Shown one piece after another: positions 45,201 to 59,800 of a DNA stretch of 64,000 nt (position 1 is its first letter; every line of letters starts with the position of its first letter). Source of the stretch: Eledone cirrhosa (lineage: Eukaryota); assembly GCA_964016885.1 (NCBI GenBank), contig OZ024759.1, positions 868,001-932,000 of the forward strand. Reading direction: 5' to 3'. The translations under genes were made by a program, and so were the position numbers. The notes below the pieces were generated by a model. The model was not told the DNA's origin, did not search any database, and saw only the letters and a program-made list of their open reading frames with translations.

Positions 45201-47960
45201 TATATTAGTAGCATGACCAAGTCTATATTAGTAACATGACAAAGTCTATATTAGTAACATGACACAGTCTATATTAGTAACATGACAAAGTCTATATTAG
45301 TAACATGACGGTCTATATTAGTAACATGACAGTCTATATTAGTAGCATGACAAAGTCTATATTAGTAACATGACACAGTCTATATTAGTAACATGACACA
45401 GTCTATATTAGTAACATGACACAGTCTATATTAGTAACATGACAAAGTCTATATTAGTAGCATGACAAAGTCTATATTAGTAACATGACACAGTCTATAT
45501 TAGTAACATGACACAGTCTATATTAGTAACATGACATAGTCTATATTAGTAACATGACAAAGTCTATATTAGTAGCATGACACAGTCTAAATTAGTAACA
45601 TGACACAGTCTATATTAGTAACATGACAGTCTATATTAGTAACATGACACAGTCTATATTAGTAACATGACAAAGTCTATATTAGTAGTATGACAAAGTC
45701 TATATTAGTAACATGACAGTCTATATTAGTAACATGACAAAGTCTATATTAGTAGCATGACAAAGTCTATATTAGTAGCATGATACAGTCTATATTAGTA
45801 ACATGACACAGTCTATATTAGTAACATGACAGAGTCTATATTAGTAACATGACAAAGTCTATATTAGTAGCATAACAAAGTCTATATTAGTAACATGACA
45901 AAGTCTATATTAGTAACATGACACAGTCTATATTAGTAACATGACAAAGTCTATATTAGTAACATGACAGTCTATATTAGTAACATGACACAGTCTATAT
46001 TAGTAACATGACAAAGTCTATATTAGTAACATGACAGTCTATATTAGTAACATGACACAGTCTATATTAGTAACATGACAAAGTCTATATTAGTAACATG
46101 ACACAGTCTATATTAGTAACATGACACAGTTTATATTAGTAACATGACAAAGTCTATATTATTAACATGACAAAGTCTATATTAGTAACATGGCAGTCTA
46201 TATTAGTAACATGACAAAGTCTATATTAGTAACATGACACAGCCTATATTAGTAACATGACAAAGACTCTATTAGTAACATGACAAAGTCTATATTAGTA
46301 ACATGACAGTCTATATTAGTAACATGACAAAATCTATATTAGTAACATGACAGTCTATATTAGTAACATGACAAAGTCTATATTAGTAACATGACAGTCT
46401 ATATCGTACCATGACACAGTCTATATTAGTAACATGACATAGTCTATATTAGTAACATGACAAAGTCTATATTAGTAACATGACAGTCTATATTGTAACA
46501 TGACACAGTCTATATTAGTAACATGACACAGTCTATATTAGTAACATGACAGTCTATATTAGTAACATGACACGGTCTATATTAGTAACATGACACAGTC
46601 TATATTAGTAACATGACAGTCTATATTAGTAGCATGGCAATGTCTATATTAGTAACATGACACAGTCTATATTAGTAACAAGACATAGTCTATATTAGTA
46701 ACATGACATAGTCTATATTAGTAGCATGACAAAGTCTATATTAGTAACATGACACAGTCTATCTTAGTAACATGACAAAGTCTATATTAGTAACATGACA
46801 CAGTCTATATTAGTAACATGACAAAGTCTATATTAGTAGCATGACAAAGTCTATATTAGTAACATGACACAGTCTATATTAGTAACATGACAAAGTCTAT
46901 ATTAGTAACATGACAAAGTCTATATTAGTAACATGACAAAGTCTATATTAGTAACATGACTAAGTCTATATTAGTAACATGACACAGTCTATATTAGTAA
47001 CATGACAGTCTATATTAGTAGCATGACAAAGTCTATATTAGTAACATGACAAAGTCTATATTAGTAACATGACACAGTCTATATTAGTAACATGACACAG
47101 TCTATATTAGTAACATGACAGTCTATATTAGTAACATGACAAAGTCTATATTAGTAACATGGCAAAGTCTATGTTAGTAACATGACAAAGTCTATATTAG
47201 TAGCATGACAGTCTATATTAGTAACATGACACATTCTATATTAGTAACATGACAAAGTCTATATTAGTAGCATGACAAAGTCTATATTAGTAACATGACA
47301 GTCTATATTAGTAACATGCCAAAGTCTATATTAGTAGCATGACAAAGTCTATATTAGTAACATGACAAAGTCTATATTAGTAGCATGACAAAGTCTATAT
47401 TAGTAGCATGATACAGTCTATATTAGTAACATGACACAGTCTATATTAGTAACATGACACAGTCTATATTAGTAACATGACAAAGTCTATATTAGTAGCA
47501 TAACAAAGTCTATATTAGTAACCTGACAAAGTCTATATTAGTAACATGACACAGTCTATATTAGTAACATGACAAAGTCTATATTAGTAACATGACAGTC
47601 TATATTAGTAACATGACACAGTCTATATTAGTAACATGACAAAGTCTATATTAGTAACATGACACAGTCTATATTAGTAACATGACACAGTTTATATTAG
47701 TAACATGACAAAGTCTATATTATTAACATGGCAAAGTCTATATTAGTAACATGGCAGTCTATATTAGTAACATGACAAAGTCTATATTAGTAACATGACA
47801 CAGTCTATATTAGTAACATGACAAAGACTCTATTAGTAACATGACAAAGTCTATATTAGTAACATGACAGTCTATATTAGTAACATGACAAAATCTATAT
47901 TAGTAACATGACAGTCTATATTAGTAACATGACAAAGTCTATATTAGTAACATGACAGTC
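33340..47960. repeat. Copy B of the 15,648-offset segment, carrying an extra 3,556-bp tandem duplication
   Basis: Offset 15,648 holds to ~43350. Later markers shift to 19,204 = 15,648+3,556 (CATGACTAAG 27751/46955; AACCTGAC 28318/47522). The internal 3,556 period is seen at 40811/44367 and 41518/45074. Confidence 0.87.
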
Positions 47961-50869
47961 TATATCGTACCATGACACAGTCTATATTAGTAACATGACA
48001 TAGTCTATATTAGTAACATGACAAAGTCTATATTAGTAACATGACAGTCTATATTGTAACATGACACAGTCTATATTAGTAACATGACACAGTCTATATT
48101 AGTAACATGACAGTCTATATTAGTAACATGACACAGTCTATATTAGTAACATGACACAGTCTATATTAGTAACATGACAGTCTATATTAGTAGCATGGCA
48201 ATGTCTATATTAGTAACATGACACAGTCTATATTAGTAACAAGACATAGTCTATATTAGTAACATGACATAGTCTATATTAGTAGCATGACAAAGTCTAT
48301 ATTAGTAACATGACAAAGTCTATATTAGTAACATGACACAGTCTATCTTAGTAACATGACAAAGTCTATATTAGTAACATGACACAGTCTATATTAGTAA
48401 CATGACAAAGTATATATTAGTAGCATGACAAAGTCTATATTAGTAACATGACACAGTCTATATTAGTAACATGACAAAGTCTATATTAGTAACATGACAA
48501 AGTCTATATTAGTAACATGACAAAGTCTATATTAGTAACATGACTAAGTCTATATTAGTAACATGACACAGTCTATATTAGTAACATGACAGTCTATATT
48601 AGTAGCATGACAAAGTCTATATTAGTAACATGACAAAGTCTATATTAGTAACATGACACAGTCTATATTAGTAACATGACACAGTCTATATTAGTAACAT
48701 GACAGTCTATATTAGTAACATGACAAAGTCTATATTAGTAACATGGCAAAGTCTATGTTAGTAACATGACAAAGTCTATATTAGTAACATGACAGTCTAT
48801 ATTAGTAACATGACACATTCTATATTAGTAACATGACAAAGTCTATATTAGTAGCATGACAAAGTCTATATTAGTAACATGACAGTCTATATTAGTAACA
48901 TGCCAAAGTCTATATTAGTTACATGACAAAGTCTATATTAGTAACATGACAAAGTCTATATTAGTAACATGACACAGTCTATATTAGTAACATGACACAG
49001 TCTATATTAGTAACATGACAAAGTCTATATTAGTAGCATGACCAAGTCTATATTAGTAACATGACAAAGTCTATATTAGTAACATGACACAGTCTATATT
49101 AGTAACATGACAAAGTCTATATTAGTAACATGACGGTCTATATTAGTAACATGACAGTCTATATTAGTAGCATGACAAAGTCTATATTAATAACATGACA
49201 CAGTCTATATTAGTAACATGACACAGTCTATATTAGTAACATGACACAGTCTATATTAGTAACATGACAAAGTCTATATTAGTAGCATGGCAAAGTCTAT
49301 ATTAGTAACATGACACAGTCTATATCAGTAACATGACACAGTCTATATTAGTAACATGACATAGTCTATATTAGTAACATGACAAAGTCTATATTAGTAG
49401 CATGACACAGTCTAAATTAGTAACATGACACAGTCTATATTAGTAACATGACAGTCTATATTAGTAACATGACACAGTCTATATTAGTAACATGACAAAG
49501 TCTATATTAGTAGTATGACAAAGTCTATATTAGTAACATGACAGTCTATATTAGTAACATGACAAAGTCTATATTAGTAGCATGACAAAGTCTATATTAG
49601 TAGCATGACACAGTCTATATTAGTAACATGACACAGTCTATATTAGTAACATGACACAGTCTATATTAGTAACATGACAAAGTCTATATTAGTAGCATGA
49701 CAAAGTCTATATTAGTAACATGACAAAGTCTATATTAGTAACATGACACAGTCTATATTAGTAACATGACAAAGTCTATATTAGTAACATGACAGTCTAT
49801 ATTAGTAACATGACACAGTCTATATTAGTAACATGACAAAGTCTATATTAGTAACATGACACAGTCTATATTAGTAACATGACACAGTCTATATTAGTAA
49901 CATGACACAGTTTATATTAGTAACATGACAAAGTCTATATTAGTAACATGACAAAGTCTATATTAGTAACATGGCAGTCTATATTAGTAACATGACAAAG
50001 TCTATATTAGTAACATGACAAAGACTCTATTAGTAACATGACAAAGTCTATATTAGTAACATGACAGTCTATATTAGTAACATGACAAAATCTATATTAG
50101 TAACATGACAGTCTATATTAGTAACATGACAAAGTCTATATTAGGAACATGACAGTCTATATCGTACCATGACACAGTCTATATTAGTAACATGACATAG
50201 TCTATATTAGTAACATGACAAAGTCTATATTAGTAACATGACAGTCTATATCGTAACATGACACAGTCTATATTAGTAACATGACACAGTCTATATTAGT
50301 AACATGACAGTCTATATTAGTAACATGACACAGTCTATATTAGTAACATGACACAGTCTATATTAGTAACATGACAGTCTATATTAGTAGCATGGCAATG
50401 TCTATATTAGTAACATGACACAGTCTATATTAGTAACAAGACATAGTCTATATTAGTAACATGACATAGTCTATATTAGTAGCATGACAAAGTCTATATT
50501 AGTAACATGACAAAGTCTATATTAGTAGCATGACACAGTCTAAATTAGTAACATGACACAGTCTATATTAGTAACATGACAGTCTATATTAGTAACATGA
50601 CACAGTCTATATTAGTAACATGACAAAGTCTATATTAGTAGTATGACAAAGTCTATATTAGTAACATGACAAAGTCTATATTAGTAACATGACACAGTCT
50701 ATATTAGTAACATGACAAAGTCTATATTAGTAACATGACAGTCTATATTAGTAACATGACACAGTCTATATTAGTAACATGACAAAGTCTATATTAGTAA
50801 CATGACACAGTCTATATTAGTAACATGACACAGTCTATATTAGTAACATGACACAGTTTATATTAGTAA

Positions 50870-53800
50870 CATGACAAAGTCTATATTAGTAACATGGCAG
50901 TCTATATTAGTAACATGACAAAGTCTATATTAGTAACATGACAAAGACTCTATTAGTAACATGACAAAGTCTATATTAGTAACATGACAGTCTATATTAG
51001 TAACATGACAAAATCTATATTAGTAACATGACAGTCTATATTAGTAACATGACAAAGTCTATATTAGGAACATGACAGTCTATATCGTACCATGACACAG
51101 TCTATATTAGTAACATGACATAGTCTATATTAGTAACATGACAAAGTCTATATTAGTAACATGACAGTCTATATTGTAACATGACACAGTCTATATTAGT
51201 AACATGACACAGTCTATATTAGTAACATGACAGTCTATATTAGTAACATGACACAGTCTATATTAGTAACATGACACAGTCTATATTAGTAACATGACAG
51301 TCTATATTAGTAGCATGGCAATGTCTATATTAGTAACATGACACAGTCTATATTAGTAACAAGACATAGTCTATATTAGTAACATGACATAGTCTATATT
51401 AGTAGCATGACAAAGTCTATATTAGTAACATGACAAAGTCTATATTAGTAACATGACACAGTCTATCTTAGTAACATGACAAAGTCTATATTAGTAACAT
51501 GACACAGTCTATATTAGTAACATGACAAAGTCTATATTAGTAGCATGACAAAGTCTATATTAGTAACATGACACAGTCTATATTAGTAACATGACAAAGT
51601 CTATATTAGTAACATGACAAAGTCTATATTAGTAACATGACAAAGTCTATATTAGTAACATGACTAAGTCTATATTAGTAACATGACACAGTCTATATTA
51701 GTAACATGACAGTCTATATTAGTAGCATGACAAAGTCTATATTAGTAACATGACAAAGTCTATATTAGTAACATGACACAGTCTATATTAGTAACATGAC
51801 ACAGTCTATATTAGTAACATGACAGTCTATATTAGTAACATGACAAAGTCTATATTAGTAACATGGCAAAGTCTATGTTAGTAACATGACAAAGTCTATA
51901 TTAGTAACATGACAGTCTATATTAGTAACATGACACATTCTATATTAGTAACATGACAAAGTCTATATTAGTAGCATGACAAAGACTATATTAGTAACAT
52001 GACAGTCTATATTAGTAACATGCCAAAGTCTATATTAGTAGCATGACAAAGTCTATATTAGTAGCATGACACAGTCTATATTAGTAACATGACACAGTCT
52101 ATATTAGTAACATGACACAGTCTATATTAGTAGCATGACAAAGTCTATATTAGTAACATGACAAAGTCTATATTAGTAACATGACACAGTCTATATTAGT
52201 AACATGACAAAGTCTATATTAGTAACATGACAAAGTCTATATTAGTAACATGACACAGTGTATATTAGTAATATGACACAGTCTATATTAGTAACATGAC
52301 AAAGTCTATATTAGTAACATGACAAAGTCTATATTAGTAACATGACACAGTCTATATTAGTAACATGACACAGTCTATATTAGTAACATGACACAGTCTA
52401 TATTAGTAACATGACAAAGTCTATATTAGTAACATGGCAAAGTCTATATTAGTAACATGACAAAGTCTATATTAGTAACATGACAAGGTCTATATTAGTA
52501 ACATGACACAGTCTATATTAGTAACATGACAAAGTCTATATTAGTAACATGACAGTCTATATTAGTAACATGCCAAAGTCTATATTAGTAGCATGACAAA
52601 GTCTATATTAGTAGCATGACACAGTCTATATTAGTAACATGACATAGTCTATATTAGTAACATGACACAGTCTATATTAGTAGCATGACAAAGTCTATAT
52701 TAGTAACATGACAAAGTCTATATTAGTAACATGAGAAAGTCTATATTAGTAACATGACACAGTCTATATTAGTAACATGACAAAGTCTATATTAGTAACA
52801 TGACACAGTCTATATTAGTAACATGACACAGTCTATATTAGTAACGTGACAAAGTCTATATTAGTAGCATGACAAAGTCTATATTAGTAACATGACAAAG
52901 TCTATATTAGTAACATGACACAGTCTATATTAGTAACATGACAAAGTCTATATTAGTAACGTGACGGTCAATATTAGTAACATGACAGTCTATATTAGTA
53001 GCATGACAAAGTCTATATTAGTAACATGACACAGTCTATATTAGTAACATGACAAAGTCTATATTAGTAGCATGACAAAGTCTATATTAGTAACATGACA
53101 CAGTCTATATTAGTAACATGACAAAGTCTATATTAGTAGCATGACAAAGTCTATATTAGTAACATGACAAAGTCTATATTAGTAACATGACACAGTCTAT
53201 ATTAGTAATATGACAGTCTATATTAGTAACATGACAGTCCATATTAGTAGCATGACAAAGTCTATATTAGTAACATGACAAAGTCTATATTAGTAACATG
53301 ACACAGTCTATATTAGTAACATGACACAGTCTATATTAGTAACATCATATAGTCTATATTAGTAACATGACAAAGTCTATATTAGTAACATGGCAAAGTC
53401 TATATTAGTAACATGACAAAGTCTATATTAGTAACATGACAAGGCCTATATTAGTAACATGACACAGTCTATATTAGTAACATGACAAAGTCTATATTAG
53501 TAACATGACAGTCTATATTAGTAACATGACAAAGTCTATATTAGTAACATGACAGAGTCTATATTAGTAACATGACAGTCTATATTAGTAACATGACAAA
53601 GTCTATATTAGTAACATGACACAGTCTATATTAGTAACATGACACAGTCTATATTAGTAACATGACACAGTTTATATTAGTAACATGACAAAGTCTATAT
53701 TAGTAACATGACAAAGTCTATATTAGTAACATGGCAGTCTATATTAGTTACATGACAAAGTCTATATTAGTAACATGACACAGTCTATATTAGTAACATG

Positions 53801-56800
53801 ACAAAGACTCTATTAGTAACATGACAAAGTCTATATTAGTAACATGACAGTCTATATTAGTTACATGACAAAATCTATATTAGTAACATGACAGTCTATA
53901 TTAGTAACATGACAAAGTCTATATTAGTAACATGACAGTCTATATTGTACCATGACACAGTCTATATTAGTAACATGACATAGTCTATATTAGTAACATG
54001 ACAAAGTCTATATTAGTAACATGACAGTCTATATTGTAACATGACACAGTCTATATTAGTAACATGACACAGTCTATATTAGTAACATGACAGTCTATAT
54101 TAGTAACATGACAAAGTCTATATTAGTAACATGACAAAGTCTATATTAGTAACATGACAAAGTATATATTAGTAGCATGACACAGTCTATATTAGTAACA
54201 TGACAAAGTCTATATTAGTAACATGACACAGTCTATATTAGTAACATGACAAAGTCTATATTAGTAACATGACACAGTCTATATTAGTAACATGACAAAG
54301 TCTATATTAGTAACATGACAAAGTATATATTAGTAGCATGACAAAGTCTATATTAGTAACATGACACAGTCTATATTAGTAACATGACATAGTCTATATT
54401 AGTAACATGACAAAGTCTATATTAGTAGCATGACACAGTCTAAATTAGTAACATGACACAGTCTATATTAGTAACATGACAGTCTATATTAGTAACATGA
54501 CACAGTCTATATTAGTAACATGACAAAGTCTATATTAGTAGTATGACAAAGACTATATTAGTAACATGACAGTCTATATTAGTAACATGACAAAGTCTAT
54601 ATTAGTAGCATGACAAAGTCTATATTAGTAGCATGACACAGTCTATATTAGTAACATGACACAGTCTATATTAGTAACATGACACAGTCTATATTAGTAA
54701 CATGACAAAGTCTATATTAGTAGCATGACAAAGTCTATATTAGTAACATGACAAAGTCTATATTAGTAACATGACACAGTCTATATTAGTAACATGACAA
54801 AGTCTATATTAGTAACATGACAAAGTCTATATTAGTAACATGACAGTCTATATTAGTAACATGACAAAGTCTATATTAGTAACATGACAAAGTCTCTATT
54901 AGTAACATGACAAAGTCTATATTAGTAACATGACAGTCTATATTAGTAACATGACAAAGTCTCTATTAGTAACATGACAAAGTCTATATTAGTAACATGA
55001 CAGTCTATATTAGTAACATGACAAAGTCTATATTAGTAACATGACAGTCTATATTGTAACATGACACAGTCTATATTAGTAACATGACACAGTTTATATT
55101 AGTAACATGACATAGTCTATATTAGTAACATGACAAAGTCTATATTAGTAACATGACAGTCTATATTGTAACATGACACAGTCTATATTAGTAACATGAC
55201 AAAGTCTATATTAGTAACATGACAAAGTCTATATTAGTAACATGGCAGTCTATATTAGTAACATGACAAAGTCTATATTAGTAACATGACAAAGACTCTA
55301 TTAGTAACATGACAAAGTCTATATTAGTAACATGACAGTCTATATTAGTAACATGACAAAATCTATATTAGTAACATGACAGTCTATATTAGTAACATGA
55401 CAAAGTCTATATTAGGAACATGACAGTCTATATCGTACCATGACACAGTCTATATTAGTAACATGACATAGTCTATATTAGTAACATGACAAAGTCTATA
55501 TTAGTAACATGACAGTCTATATTGTAACATGACACAGTCTATATTAGTAACATGACACAGTCTATATTAGTAACATGACAGTCTATATTAGTAACATGAC
55601 ACAGTCTATATTAGTAACATGACACAGTCTATATTAGTAACATGACAGTCTATATTAGTAGCATGGCAATGTCTATATTAGTAACATGACACAGTCTATA
55701 TTAGTAACAAGACAGTCTATATTAGTAACATGACATAGTCTATATTAGTAGCATGACAAAGTCTATATTAGTAACATGACAAAGTCTATATTAGTAACAT
55801 GACACAGTCTATCTTAGTAACATGACAAAGTCTATATTAGTAACATGACACAGTCTATATTAGTAACATGACAAAGTCTATATTAGTAGCATGACAAAGT
55901 CTATATTAGTAACATGACACAGTCTATATTAGTAACATGACAAAGTCTATATTAGTAACATGACAAAGTCTATATTAGTAACATGACAAAGTCTATATTA
56001 GTAACATGACTAAGTCTATATTAGTAACATGACACAGTCTATATTAGTAACATGACAGTCTATATTAGTAGCATGACAAAGTCTATATTAGTAACATGAC
56101 AAAGTCTATATTAGTAACATGACACAGTCTATATTAGTAACATGACACAGTCTATATTAGTAACATGACAGTCTATATTAGTAACATGACAAAGTCTATA
56201 TTAGTAACATGGCAAAGTCTATGTTAGTAACATGACAAAGTCTATATTAGTAACATGACAGTCTATATTAGTAACATGACACATTCTATATTAGTAACAT
56301 GACAAAGTCTATATTAGTAGCATGACAAAGACTATATTAGTAACATGACAGTCTATATTAGTAACATGCCAAAGTCTATATTAGTAACATGACAAGGCCT
56401 ATATTAGTAACATGACAAAGTCTATATTAGTAACATGACAGTCTATATTAGTAACATGACAAAGTCTATATTAGTAACATGACAGAGTCTATATTAGTAA
56501 CATGACAGTCTATATTAGTAACATGACAAAGTCTATATTAGTAACATGACACAGTCTATATTAGTAACATGACACAGTCTATATTAGTAACATGACACAG
56601 TTTATATTAGTAACATGACAAAGTCTATATGAGTAACATGACAAAGTCTATATTAGTAACATGGCAGTCTATATTAGTTACATGACAAAGTCTATATTAG
56701 TAACATGACACAGTCTATATTAGTAACATGACAAAGACTCTATTAGTAACATGACAAAGTCTATATTAGTAACATGACAGTCTATATTAGTAACATGACA

Positions 56801-59800
56801 AAATCTATATTAGTAACATGACAGTCTATATTAGTAACATGACAAAGTCTATATTAGTAACATGGCAGTCTATATTGTACCATGACACAGTCTATATTAG
56901 TAACATGACATAGTCTATATTAGTAACATGACAAAGTCTATATTAGTAACATGACAGTCTATATTGTAACATGACACAGTCTATATTAGTAACATGACAC
57001 AGTCTATATTAGTAACATGACAGTCTATATTAGTAACATGACAAAGTCTATATTAGTAACATGACAAAGTCTATATTAGTAACATGACAAAGTATATATT
57101 AGTAGCATGACACAGTCTATATTAGTAACATGACAAAGTCTATATTAGTAACATGACACAGTCTATATTAGTAACATGACAAAGTCTATATTAGTAACAT
57201 GACACAGTCTATATTAGTAACATGACAAAGTCTATATTAGTAACATGACAAAGTATATATTAGTAGCATGACAAAGTCTATATTAGTAACATGACACAGT
57301 CTATATTAGTAACATGACATAGTCTATATTAGTAACATGACAAAGTCTATATTAGTAGCATGACACAGTCTAAATTAGTAACATGACACAGTCTATATTA
57401 GTAACATGACAGTCTATATTAGTAACATGACACAGTCTATATTAGTAACATAACAAAGTCTATATTAGTAGTATGACAAAGACTATATTAGTAACATGAC
57501 AGTCTATATTAGTAACATGACAAAGTCTATATTAGTAGCATGACAAAGTCTATATTAGTAGCATGACACAGTCTATATTAGTAACATGACACAGTCTATA
57601 TTAGTAACATGACACAGTCTATATTAGTAACATGACAAAGTCTATATTAGTAGCATGACAAAGTCTATATTAGTAACATGACAAAGTCTATATTAGTAAC
57701 ATGACACAGTCTATATTAGTAACATGACAAAGTCTATATTAGTAACATGACAAAGTCTATATTAGTAACATGACAGTCTATATTAGTAACATGACAAAGT
57801 CTATATTAGTAACATGACAAAGTCTCTATTAGTAACATGACAAAGTCTATATTAGTAACATGACAGTCTATATTAGTAACATGACAAAGTCTCTATTAGT
57901 AACATGACAAAGTCTATATTAGTAACATGACAGTCTATATTAGTAACATGACAAAGTCTATATTAGTAACATGACAGTCTATATTGTAACATGACACAGT
58001 CTATATTAGTAACATGACACAGTTTATATTAGTAACATGACATAGTCTATATTAGTAACATGACAAAGTCTATATTAGTAACATGACAGTCTATATTGTA
58101 ACATGACACAGTCTATATTAGTAACATGACAAAGTCTATATTAGTAACATGACAAAGTCTATATTAGTAACATGGCAGTCTATATTAGTAACATGACAAA
58201 GTCTATATTAGTAACATGACAAAGACTCTATTAGTAACATGACAAAGTCTATATTAGTAACATGACAGTCTATATTAGTAACATGACAAAATCTATATTA
58301 GTAACATGACAGTCTATATTAGTAACATGACAAAGTCTATATTAGGAACATGACAGTCTATATCGTACCATGACACAGTCTATATTAGTAACATGACATA
58401 GTCTATATTAGTAACATGACAAAGTCTATATTAGTAACATGACAGTCTATATTGTAACATGACACAGTCTATATTAGTAACATGACACAGTCTATATTAG
58501 TAACATGACAGTCTATATTAGTAACATGACACAGTCTATATTAGTAACATGACACAGTCTATATTAGTAACATGACAGTCTATATTAGTAGCATGGCAAT
58601 GTCTATATTAGTAACATGACACAGTCTATATTAGTAACAAGACATAGTCTATATTAGTAACATGACATAGTCTATATTAGTAGCATGACAAAGTCTATAT
58701 TAGTAACATGACAAAGTCTATATTAGTAACATGACACAGTCTATCTTAGTAACATGACAAAGTCTATATTAGTAACATGACACAGTCTATATTAGTAACA
58801 TGACAAAGTCTATATTAGTAGCATGACAAAGTCTATATTAGTAACATGACACAGTCTATATTAGTAACATGACAAAGTCTATATTAGTAACATGACAAAG
58901 TCTATATTAGTAACATGACAAAGTCTATATTAGTAACATGACTAAGTCTATATTAGTAACATGACACAGTCTATATTAGTAACATGACAGTCTATATTAG
59001 TAGCATGACAAAGTCTATATTAGTAACATGACAAAGTCTATATTAGTAACATGACACAGTCTATATTAGTAACATGACACAGTCTATATTAGTAACATGA
59101 CAGTCTATATTAGTAACATGACAAAGTCTATATTAGTAACATGGCAAAGTCTATGTTAGTAACATGACAAAGTCTATATTAGTAACATGACAGTCTATAT
59201 TAGTAACATGACACATTCTATATTAGTAACATGACAAAGTCTATATTAGTAGCATGACAAAGACTATATTAGTAACATGACAGTCTATATTAGTAACATG
59301 CCAAAGTCTATATTAGTAGCATGACAAAGTCTATATTAGTAGCATGACACAGTCTATATTAGTAACATGACACAGTCTATATTAGTAACATGACACAGTC
59401 TATATTAGTAGCATGACAAAGTCTATATTAGTAACATGACAAAGTCTATATTAGTAACATGACACAGTCTATATTAGTAACATGACAAAGTCTATATTAG
59501 TAACATGACAAAGTCTATATTAGTAACATGACACAGTGTATATTAGTAATATGACACAGTCTATATTAGTAACATGACAAAGTCTATATTAGTAACATGA
59601 CAAAGTCTATATTAGTAACATGACACAGTCTATATTAGTAACATGACACAGTCTATATTAGTAACATGACACAGTCTATATTAGTAACATGACAAAGTCT
59701 ATATTAGTAACATGGCAAAGTCTATATTAGTAACATGACAAAGTCTATATTAGTAACATGACAAGGTCTATATTAGTAACATGACACAGTCTATATTAGT

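Noticed and set aside
52840-52970. Clustered CATG>CGTG variants suggesting an ancestral methylated CpG in the monomer
   Set aside because: There are only a few occurrences (52846, 52961, 62924 and the AACGTGACAATC family), and they are absent from sister copies, so they look like new A>G changes rather than retained ancestral states.
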